Source: Candidatus Poribacteria bacterium (GTDB lineage Bacteria > Poribacteria > WGA-4E > PCPOR2b). Taken from it: a stretch of DNA of 64,000 nt. Below the pieces are notes generated by a model. That model searched no databases, was not told the origin of the DNA, and saw only the letters and a list, made by a program, of their open reading frames with translations. The translations under genes were made by a program, and so were the position numbers. This document shows, piece by piece, positions 50,306-59,512 of this stretch. The stretch spans positions 4,352,001 to 4,416,000 of the forward strand of contig OZ240245.1 in the NCBI GenBank assembly GCA_965198175.1, given 5' to 3'. Every line of letters starts with the position of its first letter. The first letter of the stretch is position 1.

Positions 50306-50959
50306 ATGCGAGTTGATGCGAAGTCGAGCGATGCCGAATTGGTACGTCAAACTTTGGAGGGCGATAATAACGCCTTCTCTCTGCTCCATAGCAGGTACAA
50401 AGCCCGTTTACTATCGTACGCCTTCAAGAAAATGGGGAACCAAGAAGATGCTGAAGACGTTGTCCAAGAGACCTTTATTGAAGTCTTCCAATGTCTGCGA
50501 AAACTTGACCGCCTAGAAAAATTTGCCGGCTGGATGTTCGTCATAGCATCTCGACTCATAGCTCGAAGGTATCGAAAACGCCAAAAACAGGTTGAGTGTA
50601 TATCGTTCTCGCATCGTGGCGATGAAGCGGAGGTGTTTGAGGTCGCCGCAACGCTTGCGCATCGCCGCGCCGCGCAACGAGCGGAAATCACCGAGCTGCA
50701 AGACGGGCTTGAAATTGCAATTGATTGACTCCCCGACTCAATACGAGAACCGTTACGCCTGCGAAATGCGGGCATGAGCTACAGAGAGATTGCCGAAGCT
50801 TTGGGTATAACCGAAAATGCCGTCAAACGGCTTATAATTGGTGAAGCCCTCAACCGTGCTCGTGGCAACCAAACGGTTGCCGCTCAACTCTTGGGCATGT
50901 CGAAAAATGCGCTGAACAAGCGTTTAAACCGTTCCCGAACGTCATCGGACGATGAGTGA
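50306..50959 (+). pseudogene. ECF sigma factor interrupted by an in-frame TGA and fused to a Fis-type HTH
   Basis: Region 2 (DAEDVVQETF, FAGWMF); AID*LPDSIREPLRLRNAGMSYREIAEALG continues in frame past the TGA at 50726-50728, then EALNRARGNQTVAAQLLGMS. Confidence 0.8.
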
Positions 50960-51270
50960 AACGGTGTTTGCTTTTCCCAACCTCGCTCTCTAATTTGTAT
51001 CAACCCTCTACTTTCACCGACAACCACTCCTTCAAAGGGGTGCGCCATTTGGCGCTTTTGCACACATTTGGCGCACATTGCCCAAATTCTTGTCTAGCAA
51101 GGCTTCGCTCGCCTCTCGACCCCAATTTCCCCGAATTGTGGCGCACCCCTTTCCATATCTCGTCAGGACGCTACCGCTCTAGTTTGAAAAACAATTTAAC
51201 TGCCCGTATCCCTTGACACATAAGGATTTCCGAGTCCAAACGGAGCCTAAATTGTAGGGAATTATTAGTA

Positions 51271-51288
51271 TTGGCACATAACTTGCTT
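51271..51288 (+). promoter_or_regulatory. Sigma54 (-24/-12) promoter
   Basis: TTGGCACATAACTTGCTT, with GG and GC at the canonical 12-nt offset. Confidence 0.75.
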
Positions 51289-51429
51289 ATTACCATGGAC
51301 AGTACCTCAAGCTGCAGAACGGTCTGCAGTGGTCGCAAAAATTTTCGGGGTGACCGTTTAGTGTCAACAGGGTAAGTATCCCGACTTGCAACTGCAAACT
51401 AACACCAAATAAGAATGGAGGATTTCACA

Positions 51430-52287
51430 ATGTTCAGGCACAGAGTAACATCACTAGCGATTCTCGTAGTTCTAAGTTTGTTCGTTCAAAGTGTTGACGC
51501 ACACCTCCCAAATTTCTCTATAGAGCCAACCGCAACGGTAGAGGAACACGTAACAGGAGACCCTTGCGTCGTAAGAATGGTTTGTAGCGCTCAATGCACA
51601 TTAAATACCGGCAATCAATCTGGTCGAAATCATCTACACAAAGGTTATGTCTGGTTGCAGGTTTATTATCATGAACCTGGCGGCTCGCCGAATGTTGGAC
51701 GCGGTGATTACAAGTTTTGGCCAGAAAGCGGTAGGGTACACGATCTGTTCGGAGAACGTAGGTATGTCTCCCCAACAATAAGCCTTGTGAAAACAATAGC
51801 CACAGGCGAATGTTGGCACGGAGACGCAGAAGCAAAAGGGTCGCTATGGACTCCCGGAGATACATATCAATATCATGACGAAGATAATGACTTAGAAACC
51901 ATCTGCAGCCCATGTCAAGGTGGAGCCGCACAAGCACACCAAGAACCACAAAATTCAGAATTAGAAATTCAAAACATCCAACATGACGACAACATAGAGT
52001 TGGCTTTAGACAGCGAAATCGAATTGGCACGCCTAACTAACCCTAATATAGATTCCGCCATCTACTTTGAAGGTCGTATCCTAACCCTAGAATCCGATCC
52101 TAATAAAGTTTATGTTTATGAATCTAATGACTCAGACTATACACTTACACTCGGCTATCCCGATGGAAACCAAAACGTAGAACTAGACCCATTAGACGGC
52201 GTGGAATATCAATCACCAGCAGCACCGCCTAAACTAAAACCACGACGGACATTAACTACAACCTGGGCTTCTGTAAAACAGAAGTAG
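51430..52287 (+). CDS. Secreted protein of unknown family (paralog of 20426..21280)
   Basis: Start MFRHRV after GGAGG; signal peptide VDA|H; tail AAPPKLKPRRTLTTTWASVKQK. Confidence 0.85.
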   Translation: MFRHRVTSLAILVVLSLFVQSVDAHLPNFSIEPTATVEEHVTGDPCVVRMVCSAQCTLNTGNQSGRNHLHKGYVWLQVYYHEPGGSPNVGRGDYKFWPESGRVHDLFGERRYVSPTISLVKTIATGECWHGDAEAKGSLWTPGDTYQYHDEDNDLETICSPCQGGAAQAHQEPQNSELEIQNIQHDDNIELALDSEIELARLTNPNIDSAIYFEGRILTLESDPNKVYVYESNDSDYTLTLGYPDGNQNVELDPLDGVEYQSPAAPPKLKPRRTLTTTWASVKQK

Positions 52288-52297
52288 CTTCAAAACA

Positions 52298-52328
52298 GCG
52301 AAGGCTACTAAACCCCGGTAGCCTTCGC
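52298..52328 (+). other. Intergenic hairpin
   Basis: Perfect 11-bp IR gcgaaggctac / gtagccttcgc; no U-tract. Confidence 0.6.
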
Positions 52329-52363
52329 ACCGTCCATCGAACAACGGAAGGAGGGCAACAACA

Positions 52364-53179
52364 ATGAAAGTGAAAATGATTCTATCGGTTATTATTTCAA
52401 TCGCCATATTGGCTTGTGGAGATAATGAGAGGCCAGTAATCGATCGCGTGGTTGCTCCTGAACCTAAGCCCATTAAGCCCAATCTTGCAGCACCTGTCAT
52501 CAAGAAAATCGTTGTACCAGACCAGATTCGCGCGGGTGCGCGCATTACACTTGAAGCAGTAGCTGAAGACGAAGATGGGAATACACTCACCTATACCTGG
52601 CAAGCGCCGGGGAAATTGAAGTATACGAAAACATTGTCGTCGATAGTGTTTTGGACTGCACCAATTGATTTGGGCGTCGCAACCATTACTCTAACCGTCG
52701 ACGATGGGATAAACAAAACCACTAAATCGGCGGAGGTCAAAGTCACTAATTCCTTAATCGTGCCAGGAGAGGAAATCGCGGGCATTAAGCTGAGCGACCG
52801 GCTCTGGAGAATAATTGACCTGTATGGAGAGCCTACCCATCGCGAGGAATCTACCATCACAGATAGATGGGACACCAGGGTCAACTGGAAAAACGCTGGA
52901 TTAACCGTTTATCTTCGTTCCAATCGTATCCGCGAAATAATGATAAGCGCGCCGCACACTGCAAAAACCGAAGGAGGCAACGGTATCGGCAGCAACTGCG
53001 ACGATGTAAGAGACGAATTAACTAGCAAATTTGGGCAAAACCAAGGCGGTGGAAGTAGTTCAGAGAAATATCAACATTACGATTGGGATTACGCCGGTAT
53101 TGAAGTAAGATGCAGACTCGCCACCGTCGTACAGTTTGTCATCAGAGAAAAGGAACCGAAGTTTGCGAACCTTAAATAA
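52364..53179 (+). CDS. Lipoprotein with Ig/PKD-like domain
   Basis: Lipobox ILAC; AEDEDGNTLTYTW..WTAP..ITLTVDDG; C-terminal IVPGEEIAGIKL domain. Confidence 0.85.
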   Translation: MKVKMILSVIISIAILACGDNERPVIDRVVAPEPKPIKPNLAAPVIKKIVVPDQIRAGARITLEAVAEDEDGNTLTYTWQAPGKLKYTKTLSSIVFWTAPIDLGVATITLTVDDGINKTTKSAEVKVTNSLIVPGEEIAGIKLSDRLWRIIDLYGEPTHREESTITDRWDTRVNWKNAGLTVYLRSNRIREIMISAPHTAKTEGGNGIGSNCDDVRDELTSKFGQNQGGGSSSEKYQHYDWDYAGIEVRCRLATVVQFVIREKEPKFANLK

Positions 53180-53329
53180 CGACAGCACGAAGCTGTACCT
53201 TCCATGGCTAGTTGATTATAAAAAGGCAGGACATAAGCTTAAAAATGTTCTTGTTGACTATTGTAATCAACCCGGTAATTGTGCACGTGTCCCTTACTGT
53301 AGATGAGCCGGTCGAACCCGGTACTAGAA

Positions 53330-53401
53330 GCAGTTGCCAGTGACAGTGGTCAGTAACCAGTAAAAACTGTATTTCACTGGCTACTAGCCACTGGACACTG
53401 C
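53330..53401. repeat. Palindromic element built from heptamer CAGTnnn repeats
   Basis: cagttgc-cagtga-cagtggt-cagtaac-cagt ... actggct-actagcc-actggac-actg. Confidence 0.65.
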
Positions 53402-53405
53402 CTTT

Positions 53406-54280
53406 TCATTTCCCACATTTGAACCGAGCGACCGCTTCGCGTTCTGCGAGTTCCGCACACGCATAATGCGCTGGCATTGCCGGTGATTTCCAACGCCCGC
53501 TGTTTGCATCTCAACAACGGTTGCACCGGCACGCGCTAGCGAGACCGCAGAGCCGACACGGAGCGAATGTCCGCTGATGAATCCTTCAACGCCCGCTTCA
53601 TTTGCCCACCGCTTGGGGAGAAACTATCGCCTTCGCTATCCCGCTCAGTTGATCGTTCCGTGCACCGTCAACCGATAGCCGTCCCTTCCCAAGATGCTGT
53701 TGGTATCGAACCCGGCGGAACAGCGCCCCGGATTCGATGCCGGCTTTCCTGCAGGTAACGCTTAATCGCGCGCCGTGTCGATTCACCGATATAAAGCGCT
53801 TCACCGCGCCCCTCTTGGTTAGTCTTGCTCTGCTGGATTGCCAACACTCCGCCTTGGATATCCTCGACGTTCACCGCGACGACTAACGAACACACGCGCT
53901 CAATGTCCGTCCATGTCAAGCCGTTCACTTGACCGCGACCGCGTATCACCCCGTCTCGACGGATACCAGTCAGCGTCCGTTCTGCGATTACATCCACAAC
54001 ATCGGAAACTCTATCGCCCTCGTTATTCACTCGGTTGATCCCCGCGTTATTAGCGCACCACTTGATATTGACGACCGCTTGCGCAATCGTAGCCGGCGAT
54101 TTCCCCGTTTCGTGAAGGTGCGTGAAGTAGTCCACAATCACGCTGCCGTTGAGAGGCAGTGGCTAGTGACGAGTGATGAGTTAAAATCATCGTTTTGCCC
54201 CCCACTCTCCACTTAGCACTAGTCACTGTTCTTTTCGTCCACGCCTCGCGTTTTAATAGCGCGTGTCGATAGGCTTCAAG
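53406..54280 (-). pseudogene. Degenerate tyrosine recombinase/integrase (Cre-like)
   Basis: Fragments across frameshifts: AYRHALL, GKSPATI, QSKTNQEGRG, SGHSLRVGSAVSLARAGA, WKSPAMPAHY. Confidence 0.85.
54157..54228. repeat. Second heptamer-based palindromic element
   Basis: cagtggc-tagtgac-gagtgat-gagt ... actctcc-acttagc-actagtc-actg. Confidence 0.6.
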
Positions 54281-54293
54281 TCTTCTAAAGCTG

Positions 54294-55448
54294 TCATTTG
54301 CGTTGTTGCTCAGCGTCGAGAATCAATGATTTTGCAATTCGGATGATTTCAGGTTGGTGTAACTCGCTGATTAAAGCAAAATTGACCTCACCTTGAAACC
54401 ATTTAAGAATAAGTGTCTGATGACGTTTCATAATTTCCACAGGTGTTCCGTCGAATTGCATGATTTTAACTCCACCCCCTGAGAAGGTCTGCACACCTCG
54501 TTGCTTACGACGCGACTTGCGTTTTGATTCAAACAGAGAGAATTCCATGAGTCCATCGGTATATCGTAAATGGGCTGTCGGTCTAGGAGCTCGAAGAGAC
54601 ATCGCTCGCTTAGGACCGAATTCAATCTGCGTAATCTGCTGTAATTTAAACCCTGGTGGAAGGTATGCTGGTAAAACTAACCGATTATCCAGTGCCTTTT
54701 GTGCATCTGACAAGGATATGGATTTACCGCGTCGTTGAGAATCGTCGGGCTTGAATTTCTTTTTGGATTGAAATTCAGCTAATTCTTCCTGTATTTTTTC
54801 GGGCTGGAAACTAATCTGGGTATAGACTGACAGAAATCGGAGATTCTCTTTGGCGTCAAGGTGTTCAATTCTCAAGATAACTCCCTTATTCTCTGCTATC
54901 CAGATGCGCTTTGTTGGTCTATCCTCAATTTCGGGCCGAGGGGCAATGGTCAACAGGTTGGTCTTGTAGCCAGCAATCTTCTCTTCAGTGGTGTGATACT
55001 GAACAGTGTAATTCTGAACTAATAACTCCGAATTGTTCTGCGATAATCGCTCAACAATTTTGTGTGGTGCGCGGAAAAAAGCCTTTCCTTCAAAATGACG
55101 TCTGATAGGCGCTTCAGATTTAGAGCCTGCTCTTCCGCGTTTCCTCCAGCCGCCACGAGATTTTGGGCGAGAACGCTCGTATAACGGCGCTACCATCTTA
55201 ATAAGATGAATTGAAGGGGGCTGGTGGACAACAAGCTCCTCACGTGCAGAACAACCGTCGTGCGTCCAACTAATCAATAACCGTTTACCAACATAGCTGA
55301 CCTCATGTTCCGCTGACTTCAGACGTTGAAAAATTTCAGAAGCAAGATCAAGTGAATCGTTTGACTCAGTTTCTGCCGCTGCATCGCATGTCACAATCAG
55401 CAGAGCGAACATGATATTCAAGATTTGTCGTTTTTGTCTGAAAATCAT
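54294..55448 (-). CDS. MucB/RseB-like periplasmic regulator of sigma-E
   Basis: LLVQNY..EKIAG..RIWI..GVILRIE; YLPPGF; YTDGLMEFSLF; third gene of a sigma/anti-sigma operon. Confidence 0.85.
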   Translation of the reverse strand: MIFRQKRQILNIMFALLIVTCDAAAETESNDSLDLASEIFQRLKSAEHEVSYVGKRLLISWTHDGCSAREELVVHQPPSIHLIKMVAPLYERSRPKSRGGWRKRGRAGSKSEAPIRRHFEGKAFFRAPHKIVERLSQNNSELLVQNYTVQYHTTEEKIAGYKTNLLTIAPRPEIEDRPTKRIWIAENKGVILRIEHLDAKENLRFLSVYTQISFQPEKIQEELAEFQSKKKFKPDDSQRRGKSISLSDAQKALDNRLVLPAYLPPGFKLQQITQIEFGPKRAMSLRAPRPTAHLRYTDGLMEFSLFESKRKSRRKQRGVQTFSGGGVKIMQFDGTPVEIMKRHQTLILKWFQGEVNFALISELHQPEIIRIAKSLILDAEQQRK

Positions 55449-55452
55449 GGAT

Positions 55453-55965
55453 TTAATCTCCGAAATGGGCAGCTAGGAAGATTTCAGTTTCTTCTGGAAG
55501 CTCTGGTTCAGTGTGTTCAAAGGGTTGATTGACGTTGGTGTTTTGCGCGACGAGATTGTGCATTTCATTATCCGTGTGAATCGCCACGTATAAGTCGATC
55601 AGATCATCGTGGTAATTCTGATTCGGATTGAAATAAATTAATGCTAACACCAAGCACGCGATGACAAACGTCCCCACAACCGCAGGAACTGGGCGAAAGA
55701 CCCATCGGTGCCAGATATGACCGGAGCGGCTGCGGTTTTTGGTCTGCCGTCCGCTGATTATCTGTTCTTGAACAGCTTCCCAAATCCTCGGCGGTGTCGG
55801 CTGCCGTAAATCTGCAATCCATTGGCTGTTTTGCTTGAGTTCTGAAAGGATTTCGGCACATTCATCACAAGCGTGTATGTGCATCTCAAGTTGTTCACGT
55901 TCTTGTAGGCTTAATTCATCATCCACATACGCAGACAGCAGTTTTTGAATACGACGATGTTTCAT
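55453..55965 (-). CDS. Zinc-finger (zf-HC2) anti-sigma factor
   Basis: LLSAYVDDEL..HIHACDEC; single TM segment. Confidence 0.9.
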   Translation of the reverse strand: MKHRRIQKLLSAYVDDELSLQEREQLEMHIHACDECAEILSELKQNSQWIADLRQPTPPRIWEAVQEQIISGRQTKNRSRSGHIWHRWVFRPVPAVVGTFVIACLVLALIYFNPNQNYHDDLIDLYVAIHTDNEMHNLVAQNTNVNQPFEHTEPELPEETEIFLAAHFGD

Positions 55966-55971
55966 ATGAGC

Positions 55972-56589
55972 TCACCAATCTTTCTGTTTCAAAATCTTTC
56001 TCAATATAGTTCTTGCCTCATGCAGACGTGATTTCACGCGCCCAACGGAGCAATTGAGCACTTCCGCTAACTCATCGTAAGACAGGTTTTCCATCTCACG
56101 AAGGATGAGAATCTTTCGGTAATCTTGTTTGAGCTGTCCCAGGGCAGCTTGCAGCATCTCTTGTTGTTCAGCTAAAAGAACCTCTTTTTCAGGCGTTCTG
56201 GAATCAATAGGTGTCCAGGCTTGCGAATCATCCATTTCCGTTGGCGATGTCTGGCGTCGCTGGCGGCGATTTTTCTCATTGATGCACATGTTTGTCACAA
56301 TCCGATAAAGCCATGTGGAAAAACGAGATTTGAATTGGAACTGCCCGATCTTTTCCCAGACCGATAGGAACACATCCTGAGTGATATCTTGCGCATCTTC
56401 CGAACTACCGAGCATACCGTAGGCGATATTGTAGACCTGATTCTGATACAGACGCACAATCTGTTCCATCGCCTGAGAATCACCCCCTTGGCAGTGCTTA
56501 ACTAATTCTCGTTCCTGTTGGTCGCCCGGTTCTTCAACCTCTTCGGAGATGAAATGCGCAACGGATGAACTTTCCATAGTTGACAGCAC
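55972..56589 (-). CDS. rpoE: ECF sigma factor, RpoE-like
   Basis: DAQDITQDVF, SRFSTWLYRI, LILREMENLSYDELA, VKSRLHEAR; followed by anti-sigma and RseB-like genes. Confidence 0.88.
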   Translation of the reverse strand: MLSTMESSSVAHFISEEVEEPGDQQERELVKHCQGGDSQAMEQIVRLYQNQVYNIAYGMLGSSEDAQDITQDVFLSVWEKIGQFQFKSRFSTWLYRIVTNMCINEKNRRQRRQTSPTEMDDSQAWTPIDSRTPEKEVLLAEQQEMLQAALGQLKQDYRKILILREMENLSYDELAEVLNCSVGRVKSRLHEARTILRKILKQKDW

Positions 56590-56614
56590 AACCTGTTTTT
56601 TTTCATGTTATTGC

Positions 56615-56641
56615 TTAGACAAACAACCTTGAAAAAGGTTC
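56615..56641 (-). promoter_or_regulatory. Sigma-E-type autoregulatory promoter
   Basis: Minus strand GAACCT-N16-TCTAA just upstream of the ECF gene. Confidence 0.65.
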
Positions 56642-56953
56642 GCTTTTTGGGAGAAACACTTCATCAGAAGATATTTTGCCATAGTCCGGCGTCTAAGGCA
56701 AGCCGAAAAACGGGCTTGGACTTATTCTGTCACGATTCTCAGACCGGGATTCACCAATCTAAGCAGTGGTCATTAACCTTGAATGCAACGATGGAACAGG
56801 GGCATTGCAGATTGGCAATCTGATGAGGCGATCGTACTCTGCCGCCGAAGTACAGGATCTACGAATGCTCACCAAGCTCGGAGATTGTTAATGGGAGGAT
56901 TGCCAAATCTCCACTTGACGAGAAGATGACTTCGTGATAATATACTTGCTGTC

Positions 56954-59512
56954 ATGAAACAGAAAATCTGGAACGTCAGAAGCCCCAATATTGAGACAAG
57001 CACTCGACTAGCGGTGAGGCTGGGTATCCCGCAGTTAATCGCCCAACTGCTTGTCAACCGAGGGATTGAGACGGAGGAAGCGGCGCGAGTACATTTGTAT
57101 CCAACGTTTTCTAATCTTCATTCACCGTTCCAGATGTACGGTATGGAAAAAGCGGTTGAACGTCTTCATTCAGCGATCAAGGGTGGAGAAAAGATTTGGG
57201 TCTACGGAGATTATGACACAGATGGGACGACGGCTACAGCACTGTTGCTGAACACATTTCGCAATCTTGATGTTCCTGTTAATTTTCATATTCCCAATCG
57301 ATTTGAAGAAGGGTATGGTCTCAACAAAACTGCGCTTCGCAGATTAGGGGAGGATGGTTGCAATCTTTTAATCACTGTCGATTGCGGCATCACTTCAATT
57401 CAAGAGGTACGCTTTGCGAACGAAATCGGGATAGACGTAATTATTACAGACCACCATCAGCCGCGTCCCGATGCACTCCCTCCCGCTTATGCGGTGATTA
57501 CCCCCAAAATGCCGGAGAGCGAGTATCCTTTCGAAGGGCTTGCCGGAGTCGGATTAGCCTTCAAGCTTGCCCATGGATTGATAGGTGATGTTGAGGTATC
57601 CCCTTTTTTGCAATCTCAACTAGATTTAGTTGCGCTTGGCACAGTTGTGGACATCGCAACGTTAACCGGCGAAAATCGGGTGCTTACAAAATTGGGGCTG
57701 GCAGAACTCAATAAGCGCGAACGTCCGGGCATTCGCGCACTCTGCGACGTAGCGAACTATAGTCCTGATAAGCCTATCGTTGGACATACGTTATCTTATG
57801 TGTTGGGTCCACGTCTTAATGCTGCCGGACGGATGGACGCCGCCGAGAAAGTCGTTCGTTTACTGACGGTGGACTCCTACGAAGAGGCGTTACCGATCGC
57901 TGAGGAACTAGACACTCATAATCGAGAGCGGCGGGACGCGGAAAATCGCATTCGGAAACAAGCAATCGCTAAGATTAAAAAGGATGTGGATCTAGATAAA
58001 GTTAAAGGTCTTGTCATCGCGCACAAGGGGTGGCATCAAGGGGTTATTGGAATTGTCGCCTCGCGGATTCTTGAGCAATATTATCGTCCTGTATTTCTTC
58101 TGGCAATTGATGGCGAAGAAGCGCACGGGTCAGGACGCGGCATTGACGGCATTAACCTCGCGGATAGCCTGAACGCTTGCACCGACCTGCTAATTAAGCA
58201 CGGGGGACACAAAGCGGCAGCCGGGCTAACAATTAAAACGGAGAACATCCCGAAATTTGAGAGACGGTTTAATCGCTACGTTTGTGAGCATCTCTCCGAC
58301 GAAGATTTCATTCAGCAGTTGAGCATAGAGTTTGAAATTCAGATGTCTTATTTATCCTTAGAAGTCATTCAGAAACTTCACCTTCTTGAACCTTTTGGTG
58401 AGGATAATCCCTCACCGCGAATTGCTATGCGTAACTTGTCGCTTCAGCGACCACCCCGTTTAATCGGAAAAGAAAATAATCATCTTAAACTATTTGTGAC
58501 GGATGGGCGTCAAACCGCAGAAGCTGTCGGGTGGCAAATGTCTGATTACTTCATTTCATTGAAAAATCAAAATATTCGTTTAGATTTGGCTTTTGATCCA
58601 GAGATTAGCGAATGGGACAACACCCCTTGCATCCAACTGAACATTGCGGACCTCCAAATCATCACGCTTGACGCCAATTCCCAACAGCACTTGTTCCCAA
58701 CCGATGAGATGGAGAGTTCAGTTAAGATTGTTGATCGCAGAAATGTAAAGAGTAAAGGTAAGTACCTCTCAAAGTTGCTTAATCGAGGTGAACCCGCCCT
58801 GCTGTATGTGCGAGATGCACAGGCATTGGACCAACTACTTGAGATGGTCAATGCAAAGGGGGATTTCTTAATTTCGGGGTGTAACGCTGATACGCCCGAT
58901 CCTGAAAGACGGGTGATAGTAGATAAGTTGGCACATCGAGAACTGCTTGCAGTTGTTTCGAGTTGTACTTTGAGTGACCTACCTCACGTCACACATCTTG
59001 TTTTTTGCCATCCTGTTCCTGAACCGCTAACGTTTTTCAATCGATGTCAACTTGCTTTCCAATATCCTGAAACGACGTATATTCACCTCCTCTACAGTGC
59101 AGAGGACATGAAGTGGATGCAACAATGGTTATCCCAGCAATATCCGAAGCGGCAAGTGCTTGAGGGGTTGTACAAAAGGCTACGATTCTTGAGCCAAGAA
59201 AACGGTGAGCGACTCACGCTTGAAGAAATAATTGCAGATGCCGACGAAGCATCAATTCCAAAACCGGCTGTTATCAGCGGGCTTTCGATTCTTGAAGAAT
59301 TGCAACTGGTGACGCGGGATACGGATTTGTTTGAGCGTGAAATCCAGCTTTTGCCACCTCCATCGAAAAAAAGACAACTCCACGAGTCTGAAACCTACCT
59401 GAATGGAGAGCAGATCAAACAAACTAGCCTATCATTCTCGGATTTTCAGTTAAGACAGAATATTCAACAGATTTGGAAGAGAATAGATTATGAGTGTCGA
59501 AACTCTAATTAA
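56954..59512 (+). CDS. recJ: Single-stranded-DNA exonuclease RecJ with long C-terminal extension
   Basis: YGDYDTDG, TVDCG, TDHH, PRLNAAGR, GGHKAAAG, LEPFG. Confidence 0.96.
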   Translation: MKQKIWNVRSPNIETSTRLAVRLGIPQLIAQLLVNRGIETEEAARVHLYPTFSNLHSPFQMYGMEKAVERLHSAIKGGEKIWVYGDYDTDGTTATALLLNTFRNLDVPVNFHIPNRFEEGYGLNKTALRRLGEDGCNLLITVDCGITSIQEVRFANEIGIDVIITDHHQPRPDALPPAYAVITPKMPESEYPFEGLAGVGLAFKLAHGLIGDVEVSPFLQSQLDLVALGTVVDIATLTGENRVLTKLGLAELNKRERPGIRALCDVANYSPDKPIVGHTLSYVLGPRLNAAGRMDAAEKVVRLLTVDSYEEALPIAEELDTHNRERRDAENRIRKQAIAKIKKDVDLDKVKGLVIAHKGWHQGVIGIVASRILEQYYRPVFLLAIDGEEAHGSGRGIDGINLADSLNACTDLLIKHGGHKAAAGLTIKTENIPKFERRFNRYVCEHLSDEDFIQQLSIEFEIQMSYLSLEVIQKLHLLEPFGEDNPSPRIAMRNLSLQRPPRLIGKENNHLKLFVTDGRQTAEAVGWQMSDYFISLKNQNIRLDLAFDPEISEWDNTPCIQLNIADLQIITLDANSQQHLFPTDEMESSVKIVDRRNVKSKGKYLSKLLNRGEPALLYVRDAQALDQLLEMVNAKGDFLISGCNADTPDPERRVIVDKLAHRELLAVVSSCTLSDLPHVTHLVFCHPVPEPLTFFNRCQLAFQYPETTYIHLLYSAEDMKWMQQWLSQQYPKRQVLEGLYKRLRFLSQENGERLTLEEIIADADEASIPKPAVISGLSILEELQLVTRDTDLFEREIQLLPPPSKKRQLHESETYLNGEQIKQTSLSFSDFQLRQNIQQIWKRIDYECRNSN

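Noticed and set aside
50726..50728. Selenocysteine recoding of the ECF sigma TGA
   Set aside because: The position is normally Arg/Lys/Gln rather than Cys, and no SECIS-like hairpin follows.
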